Virus record (IMG/VR): IMGVR_UViG_2675903313_000009
Length of the DNA stretch: 64,000 bases
Strand: one strand, 5' to 3'
Source: a virus
Taxonomy: Duplodnaviria > Heunggongvirae > Uroviricota > Caudoviricetes
Below, in pieces: positions 11,466-20,811 of this stretch (position 1 is its first letter; each line of letters starts with the position of its first letter). The translations under genes were made by a program, and so were the position numbers. The notes under the pieces are model-generated. The model was not told the origin of the DNA, made no database searches, and saw nothing but the letters and a program-made list of their open reading frames with translations.

Positions 11466-12073
11466 TGTACGGAAGCAAGATATATCGATCTGACGGGAAG
11501 GTCTGGATGTCTCCTTCTTTGTCTCCTATCGTTTTTCAGAGAAAGCAGGTTGTTTCTTTGTCCGGCGGAACAGAGTTTAACACCAAAATATCTCCAGATC
11601 GTTCACCGATTATTTTTGTTGCCTATTCGAAAGCTGTTTCATTAATAGCCAACAGAATAGTGCGTAACAACCAGGTGATTTACAGTTTCGGAGGTCGGGG
11701 TAGCGACTCTAGTGCCACGATATACGTATTTTCGAAAGGTATAGCCAAAAAAGAAACTTGGGGCATGAGTTTTTTCAATGCACAAGGGGGGGAAATCTAT
11801 AATACGGCAAATATCCCACTTTCATTTACCTTTCTTAATAATACGGAGTGGAACAGCTCTGGAGGGCATGTTTTTGATTACCCTCCAGCGATAATCCCAA
11901 CATATGCGAATGTGTTCGCTGTTCCAGTACCGGGCGGAGCCATGACAATGGTTTATGGATATGCGGCGTATGGAAATACTGTTAGCTCGATATTCGTAAA
12001 CCAACTTAATGGCGGCCATAGTTTTAGCGTAAATGGCAGAGTACCGGTAATAAATAGAAATCTGTATAACTGA
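11465..12073 (+). CDS. Hypothetical protein (202 aa), Gly/Ser/Asn-rich; possible adhesin or fibre accessory
   Basis: Start overlaps previous stop; composition typical of beta-rich distal fibre proteins; no motif recognised. Confidence 0.45.
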   Translation: MYGSKIYRSDGKVWMSPSLSPIVFQRKQVVSLSGGTEFNTKISPDRSPIIFVAYSKAVSLIANRIVRNNQVIYSFGGRGSDSSATIYVFSKGIAKKETWGMSFFNAQGGEIYNTANIPLSFTFLNNTEWNSSGGHVFDYPPAIIPTYANVFAVPVPGGAMTMVYGYAAYGNTVSSIFVNQLNGGHSFSVNGRVPVINRNLYN

Positions 12074-12080
12074 TGAGTAA

Positions 12081-12314
12081 ATGATGAAAAGATTATTTCT
12101 AACAATAGCTGTTGTTCTCTCTCTTACTGGCTGCCAGAAATTGCCGACACCTATATGTTATGGTGAAGCTATCATTGGTGGACAGGAGACAGTCATACCC
12201 ATATATGCTGTTAAAAAAGTGAACGACTATACCTTATACAAAGCGGGTAGCATCTATAACTGGCGATGGGTTGGAGTAGGTGCTTTCTCATCAATCGGTT
12301 GCAATGCTGAATGA
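12081..12314 (+). CDS. Small lipoprotein (77 aa)
   Basis: N-terminus MMKRLFLTIAVVLSLTGCQ is a lipoprotein signal with lipobox LTGC; sits immediately after the fibre genes. Confidence 0.55.
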   Translation: MMKRLFLTIAVVLSLTGCQKLPTPICYGEAIIGGQETVIPIYAVKKVNDYTLYKAGSIYNWRWVGVGAFSSIGCNAE

Positions 12315-12383
12315 TAGGTAAGTACACACCTACAACAAAAGGGTGAAATGTGATATAAATCCGCCATCCCGATTTGACTTTTC

Positions 12384-12719
12384 ATGGAGGAAAACATGTC
12401 GAACGAGATGGCGGGCGTTACAACAGAGCAAGTTGAGCGTATTGCCGCGATCGTTGCTCGGGAGGTTGTTGGCAAATTAGGTAAAGAGCTACGTGAAGAA
12501 ATTGGCCAGGAGGTCAATGATCAGCTGAAAACCTACTTTGGTGATATGACCCCGGCGCAACATAGTATTCAACACTCCAATCTGGACAAACTCCTTAACC
12601 GGTTAGATTCCATCTCAAGTGGGTTCTTTGGCGGCATTGTTTCTAAAATAACGTCGTTCATTATTACCGCACTGCTTTTGGGGTTAGCCGCGTATGGCGT
12701 AAAAAGTGGACTGCAATAA
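12384..12719 (+). CDS. Putative holin (single C-terminal TM)
   Basis: 111 aa with hydrophobic helix ITSFIITALLLGLAAYGV near the C-terminus; directly precedes the putative endolysin. Confidence 0.4.
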   Translation: MEENMSNEMAGVTTEQVERIAAIVAREVVGKLGKELREEIGQEVNDQLKTYFGDMTPAQHSIQHSNLDKLLNRLDSISSGFFGGIVSKITSFIITALLLGLAAYGVKSGLQ

Positions 12720-12732
12720 CAGGAGATCAAGG

Positions 12733-13425
12733 ATGAAGACTCCGAGAGGCATTCGTAATAATAACCCCGGTAATCTTGATAAAGGATCACCGTGGCAAGG
12801 TCTGGTTGCGAATCCAGACGAACCGCGCTTTTGCACGTTTAAAGACCCTGTTTGGGGGATTCGTGCGCTGGCGGTGACTCTAATTACCTACCACGATAAA
12901 CGTCGCGCAAAAGACGGCTCAAGTATCGATACCATTCGTGAAGTTATTGAACGCTGGGCACCGCCGAATGAAAACAATACTGACGCCTACATTAATGAGG
13001 TGTCTAAAGCCGTTGGTGTAACCGCAGACATGATCATCGATCTGCATGATTACGACATCCTTCGACCTTTGGTTGAGGCAATCATTCGCCACGAGAATGG
13101 CCGAGGCCCGCTAAAAACGCTGAACACCTGGTATGCGGCAGAAGTTATTGAGGAAGGTCTGCGTCGAGCTGGCGTTGTTAAGCCGGTGAAAACCGTGAAG
13201 GCTGTTCCTGTAACTAAAGAAACCGCAGGCGCAACTGTTACAGCAGGTATTGGTCTGGCGCAGCTGGCCGATGTTATGCCGCAGGTTTCCGCTGCTATGG
13301 ATAAAGCACAAGGTCATATCTCTAGCGGGGATACAGTACGCATCATCTTCGGTATTGCCACTATTGTTGTGGCAGGATTCATTGCCTGGTCGCAGGTAAG
13401 AAAACACCAGAAAGGGATGGTCTAA
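12733..13425 (+). CDS. Putative endolysin / cell-wall hydrolase with C-terminal membrane helix
   Basis: ATG at 12733 preceded by AGGAG; conserved-looking N-terminal RGIRNNNPGNL block; assignment rests mainly on position between holin and spanin candidates. Confidence 0.4.
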   Translation: MKTPRGIRNNNPGNLDKGSPWQGLVANPDEPRFCTFKDPVWGIRALAVTLITYHDKRRAKDGSSIDTIREVIERWAPPNENNTDAYINEVSKAVGVTADMIIDLHDYDILRPLVEAIIRHENGRGPLKTLNTWYAAEVIEEGLRRAGVVKPVKTVKAVPVTKETAGATVTAGIGLAQLADVMPQVSAAMDKAQGHISSGDTVRIIFGIATIVVAGFIAWSQVRKHQKGMV

Positions 13426-13426
13426 T

Positions 13427-13678
13427 ATGCTAGGCAGCCTGATGACAAAGCTAAAAGTTGCTTTGATTACGCTGGCTGCCGTTCTTTTCGTTCTGGTCGG
13501 CGCTTACACGATGGGCGGAAATGCGGCGCGACGAGCAATGGAAGAGAAGGCAAAACAGGAAGACAGGAAACGACTTCAAAGCACAGTGGATGTCAAAAAT
13601 GAAACGGTTAATGAAGTGCGGCAAAAAGATGCCTCTGGTGTTCATCGCGAGCTGTTTGATAAATGGGTGCGTGATTAA
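13427..13678 (+). CDS. Putative i-spanin (Rz-like)
   Basis: 83 aa, N-terminal TM (LKVALITLAAVLFVLVGAY) followed by a charged helical region. Confidence 0.45.
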   Translation: MLGSLMTKLKVALITLAAVLFVLVGAYTMGGNAARRAMEEKAKQEDRKRLQSTVDVKNETVNEVRQKDASGVHRELFDKWVRD

Positions 13679-13826
13679 GACGCAGGCTCCAGGCGTGCTA
13701 TTCTGCGATGCTGCAAATCCTATCTATGTGAGTAGAGAGGATTTTATGACTGAGGAAACGGAGCGACAGTTGCTTATCCACAATACGATAGGTGAAAGGC
13801 TGTGTGAGTGGGGGCACCTGAACTGA
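13590..13826 (+). CDS. Putative o-spanin (Rz1-like lipoprotein) overlapping the i-spanin in another frame
   Basis: Internal start of track ORF 13521-13826; MSKMKRLMKCGKKMPLVFIASC carries a lipobox; the overlapping arrangement is typical of Rz/Rz1. Confidence 0.4.
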   Translation: MSKMKRLMKCGKKMPLVFIASCLINGCVIKTQAPGVLFCDAANPIYVSREDFMTEETERQLLIHNTIGERLCEWGHLN

Positions 13827-14050
13827 GTCGATGATTGATGAGTGGTCTCAGTTTACCTTTTATCCTAAAGATGGCATCTTCACTCATATACACGCCTGTT
13901 CACTCAAGCTCATGTTGAATCATTTAGTAATTTGATGTAGATTTATTAGGCATCCACGTAAGTGGGCACATACAGGCTACGCATCCTCGTAGCCTTCAAC
14001 CCCGAGAGGGGTGCCGCAATGACACTTGTGTTAACGGCTAAGGTGGATAT

Positions 14051-14470
14051 ATGCTAAATTATCATGACAATACGCGTTCTATGCAGACGATCCGCACCAA
14101 TACTGCGGTCATCGACAGCTTTCCTATGCGTATTCACAACAGTGAAGACGCAGTAGAAGTGCGACGTATGTTGTGCCGTGAATCAGCTAACCGCCAGCAC
14201 TTCATCGTCACTTTTAAGAGCGATGTGGCGCGTGCCGAAAAGATCTCTAATTCTACGTCACTGGTTAAACCGTTGGCCGAGGTTGTCGCTAACGGTAAAC
14301 GAACCTCTTTTGTTTTAGATGTTGCTGAACAATATCCTGACTTGAAGTGTTTAGATCGTGATATTTCTTCACGAATCAAACAAGTTGTAGAGTCTTTTAT
14401 GAAGAAATTCTGTAAAATCGATGATATGGAACCATCAACGGCACAGAATACTTCATGGCACCATCTCTAA
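14051..14470 (+). CDS. Hypothetical protein (139 aa)
   Basis: Track ORF; no motif recognised. Confidence 0.45.
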   Translation: MLNYHDNTRSMQTIRTNTAVIDSFPMRIHNSEDAVEVRRMLCRESANRQHFIVTFKSDVARAEKISNSTSLVKPLAEVVANGKRTSFVLDVAEQYPDLKCLDRDISSRIKQVVESFMKKFCKIDDMEPSTAQNTSWHHL

Positions 14471-15228
14471 TTGGTCAGGCGAACAGATTAATCCCTGAAA
14501 TAGAAGACTACAGCAAGGTCTTGTCTGAAATGCCGAGAGCGACGAGAATTATCGCTCTCGGTGAGTTCTATTTTATCTCCCGAGGTTTCGATCTAATTCG
14601 ATTTACCGAATACGAGCTTGTTGATTCGGCCTATGAACGCTGTATTGTTGGCGAGTGTCTTGAGTCATGTGATCCTGATTACCAAGAGCAGGAAGTTAAG
14701 CGACTCAAACGTGCTGGTTACACACCTCTTGAGATAGGAGCAGAAATTGAATCCTACAAGTTGCATGTGGGGCAGCCAGTCCAAACAGTCTTCCGCGTGG
14801 CCTACTGCGAGTTTCCAATCAAGGATAAATCTGGAGTAAAAGTCAGCGCCAAGCAGATTAGAGGGGTTTTTACTCATGCTGATTATATGGGATTAGGCAT
14901 CGCAAGTTTTGCTTACCTTTATCTCGTAGATAAGTATCAGTACTTGGTTTGCGATACGTTACAGACGGTAAAAGGCGCAACTCTTTGGGCTGTGAGTATG
15001 CGCAAACATGGACTGGTCGAAATTTACGATACGAAGAACGAAAATTTTATAGAGGAATTGGGTGAGGATGCCTGTGGCGTAAGTGGTTTTATTCCGTGGG
15101 ATATCGGTAAGTCTGACGGAGGCCAGATGCGAAGACGTGAAGAGTGGGGGACTAATAAAATCAATCTCACCCCAGGTGCTTGTACTCATATAGTGAACAT
15201 TCTGACTAAACGATCTATGAATCAATAA
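14455..15228 (+). CDS. Hypothetical protein (257 aa)
   Basis: Track ORF overlapping the previous gene; followed by a strong terminator. Confidence 0.5.
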   Translation: MAPSLIGQANRLIPEIEDYSKVLSEMPRATRIIALGEFYFISRGFDLIRFTEYELVDSAYERCIVGECLESCDPDYQEQEVKRLKRAGYTPLEIGAEIESYKLHVGQPVQTVFRVAYCEFPIKDKSGVKVSAKQIRGVFTHADYMGLGIASFAYLYLVDKYQYLVCDTLQTVKGATLWAVSMRKHGLVEIYDTKNENFIEELGEDACGVSGFIPWDIGKSDGGQMRRREEWGTNKINLTPGACTHIVNILTKRSMNQ

Positions 15229-15229
15229 A

Positions 15230-15250
15230 CCCGCTACGGCGGGTTTTTTG
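15230..15250 (+). terminator. Rho-independent terminator
   Basis: CCCGCTACGGCGGG hairpin followed by TTTTTTG. Confidence 0.75.
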
Positions 15251-15377
15251 TTATTAAGCCCCCCCTATGTACCTATCATTAAACCTTTACACCGCAGCCG
15301 TAGGCATTTAGGCTATATCACATATAAGAAAACAAGTTGTTTCAGACGATAATTATATACGCAAAGGGAACTCTCCA

Positions 15378-16046
15378 ATGACCAAGATCTTTGTGGTTGG
15401 CGGCACAAAGGGCGGGCCTGGCAAATCCACCGTTGCCCAGCAAATTGCCGTTTGCCTGAAAGTCAAAAAGAAGAAGAAGGTTTATATTACCGATATAGAT
15501 ATTCAGCGCACGACAACGAGCTGGTGTGAAGACCGTCGACAGAACGAAGACCTTGAGCTGATTCCTTTTGCATACGTTCAGGATGACATCATTAAGCACC
15601 TAAAATCGCTTCAGGGTAGAGCTGAGTTTGTAGTGGTAGATGCTGGTGGCTTCGACTCCGAAATTCAGCGACAAGCGATGCTGATGGCTGACGTTATCAT
15701 TATCCCGCTGCGTCCTAAGCGTCGTGATTTGAAATCTTTACGTGACATCGATCCTATTATCGACAATGTTCGCAATGTAAACGATAAAGTGAAGGTCCGC
15801 GCGGTCATGAACCAGTGCCCGGCTTTGCCATCACAAGTGTCTCGCATTCTGGCGGCTAAAGAGATTGTTGAGACGTTTGGCATCGAGTCTGCGCCAGTCA
15901 ATCTATATAACCGCAACGTCTATGATGATGCGGAAGAGTCTGGTCGTTCTATCTTTGAAATGACCGGTAGCGAGCGCGACAAAAAGGCGGAAGCCGAGTT
16001 TGAAGAATTTGTAGATTATCTGTTGAGTCTGGAGGAAGAAGAATAA
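15378..16046 (+). CDS. parA: ParA-like partition ATPase
   Basis: Deviant Walker A GGTKGGPGKST at the N-terminus; 222 aa, size of small type Ib ParA. Confidence 0.85.
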   Translation: MTKIFVVGGTKGGPGKSTVAQQIAVCLKVKKKKKVYITDIDIQRTTTSWCEDRRQNEDLELIPFAYVQDDIIKHLKSLQGRAEFVVVDAGGFDSEIQRQAMLMADVIIIPLRPKRRDLKSLRDIDPIIDNVRNVNDKVKVRAVMNQCPALPSQVSRILAAKEIVETFGIESAPVNLYNRNVYDDAEESGRSIFEMTGSERDKKAEAEFEEFVDYLLSLEEEE

Positions 16047-16405
16047 TGTCCATGAAAATGGGTGACCTAGCAAAGCGCAAAGAGCCTGATGCACCGGCTA
16101 AGAACACAACTCCTTTGCGCCAACCAGTCAGACCACAGGGACGCCCGACTCGTGGCAAAGAGAAAATTAAAAGCCGCACAATGTCACTGGAGGACGAATA
16201 CTTCGAACTGCTGGAGATGATGAAGTTCATCCCTCGCTTCGAGAAGTTCACTCGTTCTGACGTGATTCGTGCTGCTATTTTCCATCTTGCGGAGAAGACA
16301 CCGCAGGAAATCGAGGACATCGTGAAACTTAACGAGGCGATCACAGCTGCCGATGTCACGATGCGTACCGATGAAATCAAACGCGAGTTGATGAAGAAAG
16401 GTTAA
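16046..16405 (+). CDS. Small partition partner (ParG/ParB-like)
   Basis: 119 aa, basic N-terminus, overlaps the parA stop; fold assignment not verified. Confidence 0.5.
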   Translation: MSMKMGDLAKRKEPDAPAKNTTPLRQPVRPQGRPTRGKEKIKSRTMSLEDEYFELLEMMKFIPRFEKFTRSDVIRAAIFHLAEKTPQEIEDIVKLNEAITAADVTMRTDEIKRELMKKG

Positions 16406-16412
16406 TTTTATT

Positions 16413-16437
16413 GAGGTGCTGCTTGGCACCTCTTTCT
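16413..16437 (+). terminator. Rho-independent terminator after the partition operon
   Basis: GAGGTGC-TGCTTG-GCACCTC hairpin followed by TTTCT. Confidence 0.55.
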
Positions 16438-16449
16438 ATAGGTTCCCTA

Positions 16450-17169
16450 ATGCTCTACAAATATATTGGAAGTGAAGATTCGCAAAAAGTGTTACGTAAC
16501 CTCAAACGGTTTGTAGAGGACGGCACTATCTCTGCTAGCGCACCTTCTTCATTCAACGACCCATCAGAGTTCAAAGTTTCGATAACGATGGGAGGTACAG
16601 AAGTGGAGCACCGGAAACACTTTGAAGACAATGGATGTAAGGATTTTTCCTTTGAAGACTGGGATGCTGTAGCTCCTGAAGCTGCAAAATCGTTGGCTGT
16701 GGATTTGCGGAAAGAATCATTAGGGGCTTTTGGTGTGGTGTGCTTGTCACCAAACGAAGATAACATCTTGATGTGGTCACATTACTCAGTGTCGCATAAA
16801 GGTTTCTGCATAGGCTTTGATGATGATTTTGTTACCTCTATTGAGGGGTATCACAGCTTTGATAATGTGAAATATATACCTTCTGTTCCCGTGTTCGATG
16901 AAGTTACAGATGAGTTTAAGGTACTTTTTGATAAGCTCTTTTTCTACAAGCACGAATGCTGGAAATATGAGGAAGAACAAAGGGTTATTACTAAAAAAAT
17001 AGGCGCTCAGGCATTTGATAAGAAATATATTAGAGAGATCATTCTTGGACATAACGTTTCTCCTGAAGTAGAAGAATATGCCCGGACACAGCTAGACACG
17101 AGCATCGAGGTTTACAAAATGAGTACACCTGATGATGGTTATCTTCTTGTCAAAGAAAAGCTGAAGTAG
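16450..17169 (+). CDS. Hypothetical protein (DUF2971-like by motif memory)
   Basis: ATG at 16450 inside track ORF 16411-17169; begins MLYKY...; motifs FNDPSEF, MWSHYSVSHKGFCIGFD and ECWKYEEEQR resemble the DUF2971 pattern as I remember it (unverified). Confidence 0.5.
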   Translation: MLYKYIGSEDSQKVLRNLKRFVEDGTISASAPSSFNDPSEFKVSITMGGTEVEHRKHFEDNGCKDFSFEDWDAVAPEAAKSLAVDLRKESLGAFGVVCLSPNEDNILMWSHYSVSHKGFCIGFDDDFVTSIEGYHSFDNVKYIPSVPVFDEVTDEFKVLFDKLFFYKHECWKYEEEQRVITKKIGAQAFDKKYIREIILGHNVSPEVEEYARTQLDTSIEVYKMSTPDDGYLLVKEKLK

Positions 17170-17235
17170 CTCCAGACTTTCCTCAAATGATTATGTTGGG
17201 CGCTTTTCTTATTGAACTGGTTAGTGAGGCTAATA

Positions 17236-18408
17236 ATGGATTTGTTCTCAACCAAAATAGCAAAAAACAAGCTGCACGAATCTTTTAAACAGATTTATCA
17301 AGATAATACATATGCTCCAGTAAGAGAAGTGATACAGTCGTGGGGGCGTGGGTTACTGGAGCGTAGCGGTGAGCAGACTAAATTCGTTAAAGAGTTTCAG
17401 ACAACCTTCAATTCCGCCTTATGGGAATTGTATCTGAACGAAATGTTTATTCGTCTCGATTATTCTGTCGACTACACAAAAGACAGTCCCGATTTCTGTG
17501 TTACTACACCGTCAGGCTACCAGTTTAACGTCGAAGCTGTGATATCAGATCGGCCACATAATCCACCTGCAGGTGTTCTTTTTAGCGAATCAAAATTCAA
17601 ACATCAATCAACGCTAAAATTAATCGGAAAAATCAAAGACAAACATGATCTTTTTACAGGAGTTAATGGCAAAAAATTCCCGTACTCTACGATGTCTCAT
17701 GTAGTTAATAAGCCGTTTGTTCTGGCGCTTGCACCCTTTGACTCCGATTTATCATTGTCTCAAAATAACACAATCATCAATCGAGTGTTGTTTGGCATTG
17801 AGGAACCTACCACCAGAAATTTGGTGACTGGCAGCCAAACTAAAGTTACCTCAATCAAAAAGAATGAAGACGTTGAAATTCCATTAGGTATATTTACTAA
17901 CGACTCATATAAAGAAATAAGTGCGGTTATTTTCTCCACCACCGGCACTTTTGGAAAAGCCGTGGTTCAAAGCGGTATCGGTAGATATGTAAGGTCAACA
18001 CGATATCGAGCCATTGATGTGAATGATTTCATCGCCAATGAAGGGATGAAAAACGAGGGAAAGCACACACAAAGGATAGGACCTGATCATTTCATCACTA
18101 CATATCGGCATTTTTTAAATAACGAAGTCACTGGTGCGGATATTGTAGTTTGTCATTCCACTGCTCATGAAGAGACGCACTTTGACGGCCTTCATATTTA
18201 CTACAATCCTTTTGCGACAGTGCCACTGGACAGAAATATTTTCTTCCCCCCAGAGATAACTCATAATTTTTACGATATGGAAAAAGAACAGTCTGTTCAG
18301 AATCATCCTGATGGAGCGCTGGTATCTAGACAGGTTTTTGAACCAACTAGAGCACATTTTAGGTATATCATGAAACATTGGTTTCCAGGCTTTCTAAAAG
18401 ATGTTTAA
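17236..18408 (+). CDS. Hypothetical protein (about 390 aa), no recognisable domain
   Basis: Internal ATG of track ORF 17212-18408, preceded by a GAGG-like RBS; more AT-rich than the flanking modules; 66 nt downstream of the DUF2971-like gene, same strand. Confidence 0.5.
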   Translation: MDLFSTKIAKNKLHESFKQIYQDNTYAPVREVIQSWGRGLLERSGEQTKFVKEFQTTFNSALWELYLNEMFIRLDYSVDYTKDSPDFCVTTPSGYQFNVEAVISDRPHNPPAGVLFSESKFKHQSTLKLIGKIKDKHDLFTGVNGKKFPYSTMSHVVNKPFVLALAPFDSDLSLSQNNTIINRVLFGIEEPTTRNLVTGSQTKVTSIKKNEDVEIPLGIFTNDSYKEISAVIFSTTGTFGKAVVQSGIGRYVRSTRYRAIDVNDFIANEGMKNEGKHTQRIGPDHFITTYRHFLNNEVTGADIVVCHSTAHEETHFDGLHIYYNPFATVPLDRNIFFPPEITHNFYDMEKEQSVQNHPDGALVSRQVFEPTRAHFRYIMKHWFPGFLKDV

Positions 18409-18432
18409 GCATCCTGCTGGTTGAATTTGGAA

Positions 18433-18495
18433 CCTGCTTCTGTATATAAATACTAAGTTACTTATTATTATTTATACGGAAGCAGGTCTTTTTCT
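18433..18495 (+). terminator. Long AT-rich palindrome / terminator closing the cassette
   Basis: CCTGCTTCTGTATATAAATA ... TATTTATACGGAAGCAGG inverted repeat followed by TCTTTTTCT; loop contains TAAGTTACTTAT. Confidence 0.55.
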
Positions 18496-18596
18496 ATGCC
18501 AACTTCCCAGACACATTCCCTTCCGTTTCCACTTCCAAAAACTGCCACCAGTCGCTATCATCCGCTCATTGCAATAAGTAAGTAACTACCTATCTG

Positions 18597-19346
18597 GTGA
18601 GCCACATGAGCCAAATCTTTTTTGATACCATTGACAACGACCAGTACGACTTCATGACAGAGTGGAATACCGCTGTTATGGACAAGTGGGTCGCTGAAAA
18701 CATTGGTTTGTCGCGCTGCAAAGACGAGGCTGAACTCTTCGAGACGAAGTGGTTTGATTACCGCGATATGCATCCTCTCATGGCCACCTGTCTGTTTACG
18801 GAGGCGTACAAACGTCAGTACTCAAATATCATGCTGACGCACGGTCGCGAACACTTTGAAACAGCTCCGTTCACCACCGGGTTAAAACGCCTGCCTTATC
18901 AGGAGTTGTCGACTGCCAATAAAACGTCGCTATGGAAAGCACGCCAGTTTGCTGATCGCTATTGCTGTTCATACGACTACTTTATCTCCACGGTTCTTTC
19001 CGCAGCTGCACGGCGTCTGTGGGACAAGTTGCCGCGCCCACAGCATTTATGGCAGCCAGAACTGGTTGAGATATTCGAAGAGAAATTATCCAGACGCGCA
19101 ACAACCCGTCTGGATGACTCTCTGGTTAGCTTTAAGCATATGGGAGACATGCAGTTCAACCCGATTCAGGAAAGCTATTTTGAGTGGATTCTGGAGCGTT
19201 TGCGCATCATCCCCCGCAGCAAGCGCATACGCGCAATTTTCTCTGCTATCTGGCTAATGGAAATCGTTCCAGAGCGCCTTATTTCCGCCCACTTTCCAGA
19301 AGAACTGGAAGAAGCACGGCGGTTTATTGATCCCCTATCTAATTAA
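18597..19346 (+). CDS. Hypothetical protein (249 aa) preceding the helicase; possible replication accessory
   Basis: Track ORF (GTG start 18597 or ATG 18606); no motif recognised. Confidence 0.5.
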   Translation: MSHMSQIFFDTIDNDQYDFMTEWNTAVMDKWVAENIGLSRCKDEAELFETKWFDYRDMHPLMATCLFTEAYKRQYSNIMLTHGREHFETAPFTTGLKRLPYQELSTANKTSLWKARQFADRYCCSYDYFISTVLSAAARRLWDKLPRPQHLWQPELVEIFEEKLSRRATTRLDDSLVSFKHMGDMQFNPIQESYFEWILERLRIIPRSKRIRAIFSAIWLMEIVPERLISAHFPEELEEARRFIDPLSN

Positions 19347-19389
19347 CTAATACTAGAAAACAATTTGTTTAAAAAACAAAGGAAAGCAC

Positions 19390-20730
19390 ATGACCGAACT
19401 TTGCCATACAGGACGCGGGCTGTCCGAAGAGTTTGATGAAGATTTCCAGAACAGACTGACGGCATATTTTTGTCGTGATCACGAGTTTCTTACTCGTGCG
19501 GGAGATCTGGTTGTGCCTAGCCAATTTGCCAATGCGGCCAATGCCATATTGGTTAATATGGTTTCGGGCTATTACCGTATGTACAAGAGCGCGCCTTCTT
19601 CATCTGCGATTCTGGATATGCTTAAGCGCGCGAAACGCGATAAGACCATCCGTGAGGAACTCTTCCCGGATGTTGTTGCTGCGTTTAAGCGCATCCTTGC
19701 AGAAAAATTGTCTGATACCACGTACATGGTTGACCAGGTATCCACATTCGCAAAAAGTGTAGCGTTTGATGATGCTCTGATTAAAGCTGCTGAACTGAAA
19801 GAGAAGGGCGACTTTCAGGGGGCGATGGCAATCATGGCCAAGGTTCAGCAGATAGGCTCGAACGAAGCGACCGGAATCTATGACTACTACACCTCCGCAA
19901 GTGAGCGATTGAAAGCGCGTGAATATGAGGCTTCAGAGGAGTATGTGCCAAACAGCATTACAACTGGACTCCCTCTGCTCGATAGGTTGCTGTACCAAAA
20001 AGGCTGGGCGAAGCGTGAAATGGTGCTCTTCATGGGGTTCGCTAAATCCGGCAAATCGACCGCAATGGGTGAGTTTTCCATAAACGCAACGCTTGCTGGC
20101 TACAATGTTCTGTATCTCTCGCTGGAGGTTCACACCACCATTTTATCCGACCGTTTTGATGCAAGATTGTCGGAGACAGAAATGTCCAAGCTGGTGGAAC
20201 GGCGCGATGAGGTTCATCGTAAGTTGGCAGAGTTGGGAGCCACGAAGGGGATTGGTAGTTTGTGGGTGGTTGAGCGTCCGTCAGGAAGTATGTCACCGGC
20301 AGATCTGGACCGTATGCTTAACAGCATGAAAGCCAACGGCATGGTGCCTGACATGGTTGTTGTCGACTACGCAGATTTGATGCGTGCCAGTTATGACCTT
20401 CGTGATGATCGCGCCAACATTCGTAGTATCTACACCGATTTACGTGCTCTTTATGACAAGCATAACGTTGCTGGGATTACGGCATCGCAGACAAACCGTG
20501 AAGGTGGCGCGTCAGAAGTTGCCACAATGATGCACGCTGCCGACAACATCGAAAAAGTACGTATTGCTGACCTGGTAATAACGATCAACAAAACCGAAGA
20601 AGAAGAAGCGAAAGGAGAGGCTCGTCTCTACTTTGCTGGTTCACGTAACCAGCAGGGAGGGATCAGCATTCGCGTTAAACAAAACCTCGAACAAATGCGC
20701 TTCATTGAGCGAATCTTAGACGTTACCTAA
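19390..20730 (+). CDS. Replicative DNA helicase (DnaB family, RecA-like core)
   Basis: Walker A GFAKSGKST; 446 aa; conserved leader AAAGGAAAGCACATG upstream. Confidence 0.7.
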   Translation: MTELCHTGRGLSEEFDEDFQNRLTAYFCRDHEFLTRAGDLVVPSQFANAANAILVNMVSGYYRMYKSAPSSSAILDMLKRAKRDKTIREELFPDVVAAFKRILAEKLSDTTYMVDQVSTFAKSVAFDDALIKAAELKEKGDFQGAMAIMAKVQQIGSNEATGIYDYYTSASERLKAREYEASEEYVPNSITTGLPLLDRLLYQKGWAKREMVLFMGFAKSGKSTAMGEFSINATLAGYNVLYLSLEVHTTILSDRFDARLSETEMSKLVERRDEVHRKLAELGATKGIGSLWVVERPSGSMSPADLDRMLNSMKANGMVPDMVVVDYADLMRASYDLRDDRANIRSIYTDLRALYDKHNVAGITASQTNREGGASEVATMMHAADNIEKVRIADLVITINKTEEEEAKGEARLYFAGSRNQQGGISIRVKQNLEQMRFIERILDVT

Positions 20731-20811
20731 AAAATAAGCGTGGAGAACACCTCCACGCTTGATTCATTGGTGAAACAACTTTTCTTTTGCCAAACCACAA
20801 AAGAAAAACAC

